Under the pieces are notes generated by a model that did not search any database, was not told the DNA's origin, and worked only from the letters and a program-made list of their open reading frames with translations. From the NCBI RefSeq assembly GCF_036507355.1, contig NZ_AP027877.1: 64,000 bases of DNA; one strand, written 5' to 3'. Position 1 is the stretch's first letter. The number at the start of each line of letters is the position of its first letter. The stretch comes from Escherichia coli (lineage in GTDB: Bacteria > Pseudomonadota > Gammaproteobacteria > Enterobacterales > Enterobacteriaceae). Shown here in pieces: positions 12,260-22,586 of the stretch. The translations under genes were made by a program, and so were the position numbers.

Positions 12260-13165
12260 TCAAATGTTGGTGCGTACCAACGGCAAAAGTTCGTCCATTT
12301 TCTTTTCCACTGCCAGCTGCCCGGCCGCAATGGCAGCGTGCGCGCGATGGAAATCAAGCGTAGATATTTGCGGGCAAACAGGTTGAATCAGAATATCGGG
12401 CGGATCACCTGCCATGCGGTTCCTTTTAAGGCGGTTCTCCAGCACCTGGATAGAAGTGGTCATAATCTCTGTTGCCGTTGGTGCTGTCACCGCCCGACGT
12501 GTCGTTATGCTGCCTAACCTTTCTTTCAGACGCGCATGCCACGGCAGAGAATCACCATTCTCGCTATTTTCTTCACTGACATTAAAGGAGAGCAAATCTT
12601 GTTGCATCAAATGAGCATCGTGCTGCAGGTCGACCGCTATCACAATGTCAGCACCCAATGCACGCGTGAGCGAAATAGGAATTGGGTTAACGACTGCCCC
12701 ATCAACCAGCCAGTAGCCGTTATGCGCAACGGGTGCCATTAGTCCTGGAATACTGCATGATGCGCGAATAGCAAGATGGAGATCGCCTTCAGTAAACCAT
12801 AATTCACGCCCCGTACTTAAATTGGTGGCAACAGCCGCGAAGCGACGGGAACAATTTTCGATCTCTGTTTCCGGCATTATTTCGCGGTATTGATTGAAGA
12901 CACGCTCGCCGCGCAGTAACCCACCGCGCTGCCAGGAGAGATCCATCAGGCGTAAAACATCCCAATAACTGAAAGAGGTTACCCAATCTTCCAGCGCAGA
13001 TAATCGATCGCATGCATAGGCCGCGCCCACCAGCGAACCAATTGAACATCCTGCAACGATATCAATTTCAATACCCACTTTTTTTAGCGCATTAATAACG
13101 CCAATATGCGACCAACCTCTCGCCGCGCCAGATCCCAGCGCCAGCCCTATTTTTATCTTTCTCAT
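12260..13165 (-). CDS. rssA: Patatin-like phospholipase RssA
   Basis: Track ORF trimmed to internal Met MRKIKIGLALGSGAARGWSHIGV... (GxGxxG and GCSIG serine-lipase motifs); start ATG at 13163-13165. Confidence 0.85.
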   Translation of the reverse strand: MRKIKIGLALGSGAARGWSHIGVINALKKVGIEIDIVAGCSIGSLVGAAYACDRLSALEDWVTSFSYWDVLRLMDLSWQRGGLLRGERVFNQYREIMPETEIENCSRRFAAVATNLSTGRELWFTEGDLHLAIRASCSIPGLMAPVAHNGYWLVDGAVVNPIPISLTRALGADIVIAVDLQHDAHLMQQDLLSFNVSEENSENGDSLPWHARLKERLGSITTRRAVTAPTATEIMTTSIQVLENRLKRNRMAGDPPDILIQPVCPQISTLDFHRAHAAIAAGQLAVEKKMDELLPLVRTNI

Positions 13166-13277
13166 TATTCCCGCAAGATTCCCCTGGAATGCAATCGTAG
13201 CCACATCGCTACTGCTCGGTTAACATAGTGCTACTCAGGCGGTTAATACGCCGTTATTGTTTCCAGGGAGATTATTT

Positions 13278-13736
13278 GTGTCTCAGCTTTGTCCCTGTGG
13301 TAGTGCTGTCGAGTATAGCCTATGTTGCCACCCTTATGTGTCTGGTGAAAAGGTTGCACCTGATCCAGAACATCTCATGCGTTCGCGTTACTGCGCTTTT
13401 GTGATGCAAGACGCAGATTATTTAATAAAGACCTGGCATCCATCTTGTGGAGCAGCGGCGTTACGTGCCGAATTGATTGCCGGATTTGCGCATACTGAAT
13501 GGTTGGGATTGACCGTATTTGAACATTGTTGGCAGGACGTCGACAATATCGGATTTGTCAGTTTTGTTGCTCGATTTACCGAAGGTGGCAAAACAGGTGC
13601 AATAATTGAACGTTCGCGATTTTTGAAAGAAAACGGTCAATGGTACTATATTGACGGTACACGTCCGCAGTTTGGCCGCAACGATCCCTGCCCTTGTGGT
13701 TCAGGTAAAAAATTTAAAAAGTGCTGCGGCCAATAA
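13278..13736 (+). CDS. ychJ: UPF0225 protein YchJ (SEC-C motif protein)
   Basis: GTG start at 13278 preceded by AGGGAG RBS gives (M)[22 protein letters not shown]... ending with [18 protein letters not shown]-like metal-binding motif. Confidence 0.8.
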   Translation: MSQLCPCGSAVEYSLCCHPYVSGEKVAPDPEHLMRSRYCAFVMQDADYLIKTWHPSCGAAALRAELIAGFAHTEWLGLTVFEHCWQDVDNIGFVSFVARFTEGGKTGAIIERSRFLKENGQWYYIDGTRPQFGRNDPCPCGSGKKFKKCCGQ

Positions 13737-13785
13737 TGGTTGACGGTACGGTTTAGCAAACACTCTCAACAAGGTTTTTCCAGCA

Positions 13786-14628
13786 ATGCATTCACTCCAA
13801 CGTAAAGTTCTGCGTACTATTTGTCCGGACCAAAAAGGTCTGATCGCACGTATTACCAATATTTGCTACAAGCACGAGTTAAATATCGTACAGAACAATG
13901 AATTTGTTGATCACCGTACCGGGCGCTTTTTTATGCGCACGGAACTGGAAGGGATTTTTAATGATTCCACCCTGCTGGCGGATCTCGATAGCGCATTGCC
14001 AGAAGGCTCCGTGCGTGAGCTGAATCCTGCCGGTCGTCGCCGGATAGTGATTCTGGTCACTAAAGAAGCGCATTGCCTTGGCGATTTGTTGATGAAAGCC
14101 AATTATGGCGGCCTGGATGTCGAAATCGCGGCAGTGATTGGTAACCACGATACTTTACGTTCTCTGGTTGAGCGTTTTGATATACCGTTTGAGTTGGTAA
14201 GCCATGAAGGGTTAAGCCGCAACGAGCACGATCAAAAGATGGCGGATGCCATTGATGCTTATCAACCTGACTACGTGGTGCTGGCGAAGTATATGCGGGT
14301 ATTAACACCGGAATTTGTGTCACGCTTCCCGAATAAAATCATCAATATTCACCATTCATTCCTGCCAGCGTTTATCGGCGCACGTCCTTATCACCAGGCC
14401 TATGAACGTGGCGTGAAGATTATTGGCGCAACAGCTCACTATGTTAATGACAATCTGGACGAAGGCCCAATCATCATGCAGGACGTTATTCATGTCGATC
14501 ATACCTACACAGCTGAAGATATGATGCGCGCAGGTCGTGACGTCGAGAAAAACGTCTTAAGTCGCGCGCTCTACAAAGTACTGGCGCAGCGCGTCTTTGT
14601 TTACGGTAATCGGACGATTATTCTTTAA
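13786..14628 (+). CDS. purU: Formyltetrahydrofolate deformylase
   Basis: 280-aa ORF MHSLQRKVLRTICPDQKGLIARITNICYKHELNIVQNNEF... (ACT domain plus formyltransferase domain). Confidence 0.95.
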   Translation: MHSLQRKVLRTICPDQKGLIARITNICYKHELNIVQNNEFVDHRTGRFFMRTELEGIFNDSTLLADLDSALPEGSVRELNPAGRRRIVILVTKEAHCLGDLLMKANYGGLDVEIAAVIGNHDTLRSLVERFDIPFELVSHEGLSRNEHDQKMADAIDAYQPDYVVLAKYMRVLTPEFVSRFPNKIINIHHSFLPAFIGARPYHQAYERGVKIIGATAHYVNDNLDEGPIIMQDVIHVDHTYTAEDMMRAGRDVEKNVLSRALYKVLAQRVFVYGNRTIIL

Positions 14629-14709
14629 TCGCCAGCAAAAATAACTGGTTACCTTTAATCCGTTACGGATGAAAATTACGCAACCAGTTCATTTTTCTCA
14701 ACGTAACAC

Positions 14710-14747
14710 TTTACAGCGGCGCGTCATTTGATATGATGCGCCCCGCT
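14710..14747 (+). promoter_or_regulatory. tyrT stringent sigma70 promoter (-35 TTTACA, -10 TATGAT, GC-rich discriminator)
   Basis: TTTACA at 14710-14715, 16-bp spacer, TATGAT at 14732-14737 then GCGCCCCGC discriminator about 40 nt before mature tRNA 5' end. Confidence 0.8.
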
Positions 14748-14787
14748 TCCCGATAAGGGAGCAGGCCAGTAAAAAGCATTACCCCGT

Positions 14788-14872
<85 letters not shown>

Positions 14873-14906
14873 CCTCAAGCATTACCTCAAAATTTGAATT
14901 ACCCCT

Positions 14907-14991
<85 letters not shown>

Positions 14992-15350
14992 TCACTTTTC
15001 AAAAGTCCCTGAACTCTCAAACGAATCCGTAATTAAATATTCTGCCCAAGCGGGGAAGGATGAGAAGCTTCGACCAAGGTTCGACTTGAGCGCCAGCGAG
15101 AGAGCGTTGCCGCAGGCAACGACCCGAAGGGCGAAGCGCGCAGCGCTGAGTAATCCTTCCCCCACCACCATCATTTTCAAAAGTCCCTGAACTCTCAAGC
15201 GAATCCGCAATTAAATATTCTGCCCATGCGGGGAAGGATGAGAAGCTTCGACCAAGGTTCGACTCGAGCGCCAGCGAGAGAGCGTTGCCGCAGGCAACGA
15301 CCCGAAGGGCGAAGCGCGCAGCGCTGAGTAATCCTTCCCCCACCACCATC
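14992..15350 (+). repeat. rtT: rtT tandem repeats of the tyrT operon (two ~178-bp units, each ending with a tRNA 3'-end-like AATCCTTCCCCCACCACCATC)
   Basis: Two near-identical units; period 178 bp measured between the tRNA-3'-like motifs ending at 15172 and 15350. Confidence 0.85.
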
Positions 15351-15531
15351 GCTTCCTGAAATAATCAAAACCTGTTACTCCGAGCTAATTCTGCCCGATG
15401 GCACCGCGTTTACCGGACCTAAAATATCCTTCCCTGTAGTTCGGATAAGCAAAGCGCATTCGACAACTCCCCCCGCACCGTGCCCATAAAAAAACCCCGC
15501 CGAAGCAGGGTCTATGTGAACTAAAATTCGC

Positions 15532-16209
15532 TTAGTGACGAGCGCGCACCAGCTGGTACTTACGTGTCAGATACTCCACCGGTACGCTCCAGATGTGTAC
15601 CAGACGCGAGAACGGGAACAGCAGGAATAACGTCATCCCCAGCACCAGGTGCAGACGGAAGATAAACGCCACACCATCGAGGTGTTGAGAAGCGCCACCG
15701 TGGAAGGTCACCACCGACTGCGCCCAGCCAACCAGTTTCATCATCTCGCTACCGTCCATATGCTGAGCGGAGAACGGAATGGTCAACAGGCCCAGCGCGC
15801 ACTGGATAACGAGCAGCGACAGGATCAGGATATCCGCTCCGGTAGTGGTTGCACGCACGCGTGGGCTGAACAGACGACGCTTAAGCAACAGCACGCCGCC
15901 AATCAGACACAGCACGCCGCTGGCACCACCAGCAAACATCGCCATTTTCTGTTTCACTTCAATCGGCAGCCAGGCTTCATACATCCAGTGCGGCGTCAGC
16001 ATACCGAAGAAGTGACCGACAAAAATCCCCAGAATACCGATATGGAACAGGTTCGACGCCAGGTTCATCCCTTTGCGATCCAGCATCTGGCTGGACGCCG
16101 CGCGCCAGGTGTACTGCCCGTAGTCATAACGCAGCCAGCTACCAATCAGGAAGACCGCCCCGGCTATATACGGGTAGATATCAAAGAAGAACATATTCAG
16201 GAATTGCAT
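15532..16209 (-). CDS. narI: Respiratory nitrate reductase A gamma subunit (heme b membrane anchor)
   Basis: 225-aa polytopic membrane [38 protein letters not shown]... Confidence 0.95.
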   Translation of the reverse strand: MQFLNMFFFDIYPYIAGAVFLIGSWLRYDYGQYTWRAASSQMLDRKGMNLASNLFHIGILGIFVGHFFGMLTPHWMYEAWLPIEVKQKMAMFAGGASGVLCLIGGVLLLKRRLFSPRVRATTTGADILILSLLVIQCALGLLTIPFSAQHMDGSEMMKLVGWAQSVVTFHGGASQHLDGVAFIFRLHLVLGMTLFLLFPFSRLVHIWSVPVEYLTRKYQLVRARH

Positions 16210-16919
16210 TAGTGCTGTCCTCCGGTGGTGATATTCAGATATTGCGGCGCGACGGCACCGGCAAAGCGACGCTGATGAGCAGTGATTGCTGAATCACCGC
16301 AGCCTTTGTCAGCAAAGAATTTAACCTGCTCTTCTTCCCAGACAGCATCCAGCGCCTGCGGCGTATCATCGCGCGCTTCGTCGGCAATTTTTTCCGCCAC
16401 TTTGTCGCTGTCGATAGCGGTATTGGCCAATTTCAGCAGCAGATCAAACAGCACGGCATAACGGCTTTCACGCTGTTGCAGACGCGCGCTCAGCAATGCC
16501 AGAATCGGCGCGATATCTTTCAAACCTTCCACGGCTTCGCTTTGCGGCAGCTGCGCCAGGTACTCCAGATACAGCGGCAGATGGTCCGGCAATTCGCGGC
16601 TGTTTAACTGCAAGCCGTGCTGCTCGTACTGCGCCAGCAGGTCCACCATCGCCTGGCCGCGGTCGCGGGATTCGCCGTGCACATGTTCAAACAGCAACAG
16701 TGACGTGGCGCGGCCACGGTCGAACAGTTCGCTGTACTGCGCCTGGGCATCGAGCGGATCCATCGTCGTTAAATCGCGCAGGAAAATGCCCAGCGCATGG
16801 GCATCCTCTTTTGGCAGATTTTTCGACGCGGCAATCGCCTCAAACATCTCTTGTTGATGCTGCCATAAGGCAGCATCCGGATATTCAAGGAGACGCGATA
16901 CAATCACGAGTTCGATCAT
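16209..16919 (-). CDS. narJ: Nitrate reductase A assembly chaperone NarJ
   Basis: 236-aa [32 protein letters not shown]...; overlaps narI start and narH stop as in the operon. Confidence 0.95.
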   Translation of the reverse strand: MIELVIVSRLLEYPDAALWQHQQEMFEAIAASKNLPKEDAHALGIFLRDLTTMDPLDAQAQYSELFDRGRATSLLLFEHVHGESRDRGQAMVDLLAQYEQHGLQLNSRELPDHLPLYLEYLAQLPQSEAVEGLKDIAPILALLSARLQQRESRYAVLFDLLLKLANTAIDSDKVAEKIADEARDDTPQALDAVWEEEQVKFFADKGCGDSAITAHQRRFAGAVAPQYLNITTGGQH

Positions 16920-18454
16920 GGGTGCGGCTCCGTTTTGCTGGTTACGTCGATGGCATCGATACGGCGGCTGTTGAACAGATTGAATTTGGTATCTGAACCG
17001 TGGCAGCCATCACCAAAGGTAAAGCCGCAGCCATTTTTCTCCGGGAAGGCTTCCCGTGCCAGTTCACGATGACTACTCGGCACCACAAAGCGATCTTCGT
17101 AGTTAGCAATCGCCAGATAACGGTACATCTCCTGTGCCTGGGCTTCGGTCAGACCGACCTCTTCCAGCGCACGGGTATCAACTTTACCGTCAACGGTTTC
17201 AGCACGTTTGTAATGACGCATCGCCAGCATACGTTTCAGCGCGCGCAGTACCGGTTTGGTATCACCGGCGGTCAGCAGATTCGCCAGATACTGTACCGGA
17301 ATACGCAGGCTTTCGACGTCTGGCAGAATGCCGTTGCTACCCAGCTCACCCGCGTCTGCTGCAGACTGAATCGGAGACAGAGGCGGCACGTACCAGACCA
17401 TCGGCAGTGTGCGATATTCTGGATGCAGCGGCAGCGCCAGTTTCCATTCCATTGCCATTTTATAAACCGGCGACTGCTGTGCAGCTTCAATAACGCTCAG
17501 CGGAATACCGTCTTTAATCGCCTGCTCGATGACTTTCGGATCGTTCGGATCGAGGAACACCTCCAGCTGACGCTGGTAGAGATCTTTCTCGTTCTCGGTG
17601 CTGGCTGCACGTTCAATCGCGTCGGCATCGTACAGCAGCACGCCAAGATAACGGATACGACCGACACAGGTTTCTGAGCACACGGTCGGCTGACCCGCTT
17701 CAATACGCGGATAGCAGAAGATGCACTTCTCAGACTTACCGCTCTTCCAGTTGAAGTAGATTTTTTTGTACGGGCATCCGGTGATGCACATACGCCAGCC
17801 ACGGCATTTATCCTGGTCGATCAGGACGATGCCATCTTCTTCACGCTTGTAAATCGCACCGCTCGGGCAGGTCGCCACACATGCCGGGTTCAGGCAGTGT
17901 TCGCACAGGCGCGGCAAATACATCATGAAGGTGTTTTCGAACTGGCTATACATCGCCTTCTGGATGTTGTCGAAGTTCTTGTCTTTCGCCAGTTTGTCAA
18001 ACTCACCGCCCAGGTCATCTTCCCAGTTCGGCCCTTTTTCGATTTTCGCCATCCGTTCCCCGGTAATCAGCGAACGCGGACGGGCAATCGGCTGCGATTT
18101 GCTGCCTTCCGGTGCGGTATGCAGGTTCTGATAGTCAAAATCGAACGGCTCGTAATAATCGTCGATCCCCGGCAGATGCGGGTTAGCGAAGATTTTACCC
18201 AGCAGCATGGCACGGTTACCCATGCGCGGCTGCAGTTTGCCGTTGATTTTACGGATCCAGCCGCCTTTGTATTTTTCCTGGTTTTCCCAGTCAGTCGGGA
18301 AGCCCTGGCCCGGCTTGGTTTCCACGTTGTTGAACCACGCGTATTCCACGCCTTCACGGCTGGTCCAGACGTTTTTACAGGTAACTGAACAGGTGTGGCA
18401 GCCGATGCACTTATCGAGATTCAGCACCATGCCGACTTGTGAACGAATTTTCAT
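16916..18454 (-). CDS. narH: Respiratory nitrate reductase A beta subunit (Fe-S)
   Basis: 512-aa ORF MKIRSQVGMVLNLDKCIGCHTCSVTCKNVW... with multiple CxxCxxCxxxCP ferredoxin motifs. Confidence 0.96.
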   Translation of the reverse strand: MKIRSQVGMVLNLDKCIGCHTCSVTCKNVWTSREGVEYAWFNNVETKPGQGFPTDWENQEKYKGGWIRKINGKLQPRMGNRAMLLGKIFANPHLPGIDDYYEPFDFDYQNLHTAPEGSKSQPIARPRSLITGERMAKIEKGPNWEDDLGGEFDKLAKDKNFDNIQKAMYSQFENTFMMYLPRLCEHCLNPACVATCPSGAIYKREEDGIVLIDQDKCRGWRMCITGCPYKKIYFNWKSGKSEKCIFCYPRIEAGQPTVCSETCVGRIRYLGVLLYDADAIERAASTENEKDLYQRQLEVFLDPNDPKVIEQAIKDGIPLSVIEAAQQSPVYKMAMEWKLALPLHPEYRTLPMVWYVPPLSPIQSAADAGELGSNGILPDVESLRIPVQYLANLLTAGDTKPVLRALKRMLAMRHYKRAETVDGKVDTRALEEVGLTEAQAQEMYRYLAIANYEDRFVVPSSHRELAREAFPEKNGCGFTFGDGCHGSDTKFNLFNSRRIDAIDVTSKTEPHP

Positions 18455-21400
18455 TTTACGCTCTCCTGTACCTGGTCATTGTCTTCGCCATCTAACCAGT
18501 CAATGTTCTTCATCTTACGCACTACAACAAACTCATCGCGGTTAGAACCTACGGTGCCGTAGTAGTTAAAGCCGTATGCCAGATGGGCATAGCCGCCGAT
18601 CATATGCGTCGGTTTCGGCGTGATACGGGTGACCGAGTTATGGATACCACCACGCTGTTGGGTAATTTCCGAACCAGGCAGGTTAACGATACGTTCCTGC
18701 GCGTGGTACATCATGGTCATCCCTGCCGGAACACGCTGGCTGACAACCGCACGGGCAGTCAGAGCACCGTTGCTGTTGAATACTTCAATCCAGTCGTTAT
18801 CGGCGATACCCAGATCTTTGGCATCGGCTTCACTCAACCAAACCACCGGACCACCGCGACCTAAAGTCAGCATCAGCAGGTTGTCGCTGTAGGTGGAGTG
18901 GATACCCCACTTCTGGTGCGGCGTCAGGAAGTTGAGCGCTTTTTCCGGGTTGCCGTTGGATTTCTGGCCTATCACTTCTTTCACCGAACGGGTGTCGATC
19001 GGCGGACGATAAACCAGCAGGCTTTCACCGAAATCACGCATCCACTGGTGATCCTGATACAGTTGCTGACGACCAGAGAGCGTACGCCATGGGATCAGCT
19101 CGTGAACGTTGGTGTAACCGGCGTTGTAAGAAACGTGTTCATCTTCCAGACCAGACCAGGTCGGGCTGGAGATAATTTTGCGCGGCTGTGCCTGAATATC
19201 GCGGAAGCGGATCTTCTCGTCTTCTTTATTCAGCGCCAGATGCGTATGGTCACGACCGGTAAATTCGCTCAGGGCAGCCCAGGCTTTCACGGCTACCTGA
19301 CCGTTGGTTTCCGGTGCCAGTGTCAGGATCATCTCTGCCGCATCAATTGCGGTGTTCAGCATCGGCTGGCCTTTCGCCGGACCTTCCGCTTTGGTGTAGT
19401 TGAGCTTACGCAGCAGATCCATCTCGCTCTGGGTGTTCCAGGCAATCCCTTTACCGCCGTTACCGATTTTCTCCATCAGCGGGCCGATAGAGGTAAAGCG
19501 TTCGTAAGTTGCCGGATAATCGCGCTCTACGACCATAATGTGCGGTGCAGTTTTGCCTGGGATCAGGTCGCATTCGCCTTTTTTCCAGTCTTTCACATCC
19601 AGCGGCTGCGCCAGTTCAGCGGCAGAGTCGTGCTGGATAGGCAGCGTGACGATGTCGGTTTCTTTACCCAGATGGCCGACGCACACTTCGGAGAATTTCT
19701 TCGCGATGGCTTTGTAGATTTCCCAGTCGCTTTTCGCTTCCCAGGCCGGATCGACCGCCGCAGACAGCGGGTGAATAAACGGATGCATATCCGAAGTATT
19801 CATGTCGTCTTTTTCGTACCAGGTCGCCGTCGGCAAAATGATGTCGGAATAGAGACAGGTACTCGACAGACGGAAGTCCAGCGTAACCACCAGATCCAGC
19901 TTGCCTTCCAGACCATTGTCCTGCCAGTCCACTTCTTCCGGCTTCACGCCGCCCTGCTGCCCCAGATCTTTACCCTGGATACCGTGCTCCGTCCCCAGCA
20001 GGTACTTGAGCATAAACTCATGACCTTTACCGGAAGAACCGAGCAGGTTAGAACGCCAGATGAACAGATTGCGCGGGTGGTTTTTACCGTTTTCTGGTTG
20101 TTCTGCCGCAAAACGGATGGAACCCTCTTTCAGGGATTTCACCGTATAGTCCACCGGATTCATCCCGGCTTTTTCCGCTTCGCCAGCGATAGTCAGCGGG
20201 TTAGTGCCTAACTGCGGTGCAGACGGCAGCCAGCCCATGCGTTCCGCACGGACGTTAAAGTCGATCAGGTGTCCGGTATAACGGGATTTATCCGCCATCG
20301 GTGACAGCAACTCTTCCGCCGTGACGGTTTCATAACGCCACTGGCTGGAGTGGTTATAGAAATAAGAAGTGCTGTTCATGTGACGCGCCGGACGCTGCCA
20401 GTCAAGGGCAAACGCCAGCGGCTGCCAGCCGGTTTGCGGACGCAGTTTTTCCTGACCTACATAGTGCGCCCAGCCGCCCCCGCTCTGACCGACACAGCCG
20501 CAGAAAATCAGCATGTTGATCAGACCACGATAGTTCATATCGAGGTGATACCAGTGGTTCAGCCCCGCACCGACGATAATCATCGAACGACCGTGCGTTT
20601 TATCAGCGTTATCGGCAAATTCACGGGCGATGCGAATAATCTGGCTGCGAGAAACGCCGGTAATCTGCTCGGCCCAGGCCGGGGTATAAGCTTTCACATC
20701 GTCATAGCTGGTTGCACAGTTAACGTCGTTCAGGCCACGTTCCAGACCGTAGTTTGCCAGCGTCAGATCGTAAACGGTGGTCACCAGAGCGGTGCTGCCG
20801 TCAGCCAGTTGCAGGCGTTTCACCGGCAGCTTGTGCAGGAGCACGTTTTCCAGTTCCACTTTGTTGAAGTGTTCCGTGCCGTCGCCACCAAAGTACGGGA
20901 AGCCCACCTCAGCGATCTCATCCTGGCTACCCAGCAGGCTCAGTTGCAGCTCGGTTTCTTCGCCAGTTTTGCCGTCGCGCTGCTCAAGATTCCATTTGCC
21001 CTTCTCGCCCCAGCGGAAGCCAATAGAACCGTTCGGCGCAACCATTTCGCCATTGGTATTAAAGGCGACAGTTTTCCATTCCGGATTGTTTTCCTGACCC
21101 AGCGCATCCACCAGATCAGCAGCGCGCAGCATACGACCCGCAGCGTAGTAACCGTCGCGTTCTTCCAGCATCACCAGCATCGGCATGTCGGTGTAGCGAC
21201 GCACATAGTCGGTGAAATACTGGCTTGGGTTATCGAGGTGGAATTCACGCAGCATTACGTGGCCCATTGCCAGCGCCATTGCCGCATCGGTGCCCTGTTT
21301 CGGTGCCAGCCACAGATCGCACAGTTTGGCGATTTCAGCGTAGTCCGGCGTGACGGCAACAGTTTTGGTCCCTTTGTAACGCACTTCAGTAAAGAAGTGA

Positions 21401-22194
21401 GCATCCGGGGTACGCGTCTGCGGCACGTTTGAACCCCAAGCGATGATGTAGCTGGAGTTGTACCAGTCAGCAGATTCCGGTACGTCAGTTTGCTCGCCCC
21501 AGGTTTGCGGAGACGCAGGAGGCAGGTCGCAGTACCAGTCGTAGAAGCTTAAGCAAGTACCGCCAATCAGCGAGAGATAGCGTGCACCCGATGCGTAAGA
21601 AACCATCGACATTGCCGGAATTGGCGAGAAACCAGCAACACGGTCCGGGCCGTAGTTTTTGATGGTGTAAACGTTAGATGCGGCGATCAGTTCGTTCACC
21701 TCCTGCCAGGAAGAACGAACAAAACCACCGCGTCCACGCGCCTGCTTAAAGCTTTTCGCTTTATCGGCGTCTTCAATGATAGAAGCCCATGCCTCAACCG
21801 AATCGCTATGCAGCGCCTTCGCTTCACGCCACATTTTCATCAGGCGTTTGCGCATCATCGGGTATTTCAGGCGGTTGGCACTGTAAAGATACCAGGAGTA
21901 GCTGGCACCGCGCGGGCAGCCGCGAGGTTCATGGTTTGGCAGATCCGGACGGGTACGCGGATAGTCAGTCTGCTGGGTTTCCCAGGTGACCAGACCGTTT
22001 TTGACGTAGATTTTCCAGCTGCAGGAGCCGGTGCAGTTTACCCCGTGGGTAGAGCGGACGATTTTGTCATGCTGCCAACGCTGGCGATATCCATCCTCCC
22101 AGTCACGGTTGGTATTGAGAAGCTGGCCATGCCCATCGGCAAAGGTTTCACCCTTCTGTTTGAAGTAGCGAAACCGGTCCAGGAATTTACTCAT
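18451..22194 (-). CDS. narG: Respiratory nitrate reductase A alpha subunit (molybdopterin catalytic subunit)
   Basis: 1247-aa ORF MSKFLDRFRYFKQKGETFADGHGQLLNTNRDWEDGYRQRWQHDKIVRSTHGVNCTGSCSWKIY... Confidence 0.97.
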   Translation of the reverse strand: MSKFLDRFRYFKQKGETFADGHGQLLNTNRDWEDGYRQRWQHDKIVRSTHGVNCTGSCSWKIYVKNGLVTWETQQTDYPRTRPDLPNHEPRGCPRGASYSWYLYSANRLKYPMMRKRLMKMWREAKALHSDSVEAWASIIEDADKAKSFKQARGRGGFVRSSWQEVNELIAASNVYTIKNYGPDRVAGFSPIPAMSMVSYASGARYLSLIGGTCLSFYDWYCDLPPASPQTWGEQTDVPESADWYNSSYIIAWGSNVPQTRTPDAHFFTEVRYKGTKTVAVTPDYAEIAKLCDLWLAPKQGTDAAMALAMGHVMLREFHLDNPSQYFTDYVRRYTDMPMLVMLEERDGYYAAGRMLRAADLVDALGQENNPEWKTVAFNTNGEMVAPNGSIGFRWGEKGKWNLEQRDGKTGEETELQLSLLGSQDEIAEVGFPYFGGDGTEHFNKVELENVLLHKLPVKRLQLADGSTALVTTVYDLTLANYGLERGLNDVNCATSYDDVKAYTPAWAEQITGVSRSQIIRIAREFADNADKTHGRSMIIVGAGLNHWYHLDMNYRGLINMLIFCGCVGQSGGGWAHYVGQEKLRPQTGWQPLAFALDWQRPARHMNSTSYFYNHSSQWRYETVTAEELLSPMADKSRYTGHLIDFNVRAERMGWLPSAPQLGTNPLTIAGEAEKAGMNPVDYTVKSLKEGSIRFAAEQPENGKNHPRNLFIWRSNLLGSSGKGHEFMLKYLLGTEHGIQGKDLGQQGGVKPEEVDWQDNGLEGKLDLVVTLDFRLSSTCLYSDIILPTATWYEKDDMNTSDMHPFIHPLSAAVDPAWEAKSDWEIYKAIAKKFSEVCVGHLGKETDIVTLPIQHDSAAELAQPLDVKDWKKGECDLIPGKTAPHIMVVERDYPATYERFTSIGPLMEKIGNGGKGIAWNTQSEMDLLRKLNYTKAEGPAKGQPMLNTAIDAAEMILTLAPETNGQVAVKAWAALSEFTGRDHTHLALNKEDEKIRFRDIQAQPRKIISSPTWSGLEDEHVSYNAGYTNVHELIPWRTLSGRQQLYQDHQWMRDFGESLLVYRPPIDTRSVKEVIGQKSNGNPEKALNFLTPHQKWGIHSTYSDNLLMLTLGRGGPVVWLSEADAKDLGIADNDWIEVFNSNGALTARAVVSQRVPAGMTMMYHAQERIVNLPGSEITQQRGGIHNSVTRITPKPTHMIGGYAHLAYGFNYYGTVGSNRDEFVVVRKMKNIDWLDGEDNDQVQESVK

Positions 22195-22285
22195 CGGTTT
22201 TCTCCTGTGGGAGCCTGTCGGCCCTCTGATAAATCGACATTGCTAATGTTTAAGGACAAGGTAACGCTCTGAAACAGCGTGGGAA

Positions 22286-22299
22286 TTGATAACGATCAA
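22286..22299 (-). promoter_or_regulatory. FNR box (TTGATaacgATCAA) of the narGHJI promoter; NarL-heptamer-like TACCCCT at 22337-22343 further upstream
   Basis: Perfect TTGAT-N4-ATCAA palindrome about 90 bp upstream of narG ATG; heptamer matches TACYYMT NarL consensus. Confidence 0.65.
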
Positions 22300-22586
22300 G
22301 AGTGATGGGGATGAAAAATAAAGTAAATTCCTAAGATACCCCTTTAGGATAATTAACAGTTACCGCATAACATGCTGTAAATTAAGACGTTTTATACCTG
22401 TAGTTATTTAAACTATTAAGATTTTTATGCAAATGGGTATTAAGGAGTATTCCCCATGGGTAACATATTAATGGCTCTTAATGAAATCCGGCGAAATAAA
22501 CCATATAACATTAGTATGTTGTAACTAAATGACGCATAAAAAAAGCGCGACATCATGCCGCGCAAAGGATAATCAAACATTAAGAT

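Noticed and set aside
17000-18388. Plus-strand ORFs of 163-225 aa
   Set aside because: Antisense within narH; narH identity is certain from ferredoxin motifs.
18583-21432. Several long plus-strand ORFs (93-437 aa)
   Set aside because: All are antisense within narG; no RBS context and compositionally antisense-like.
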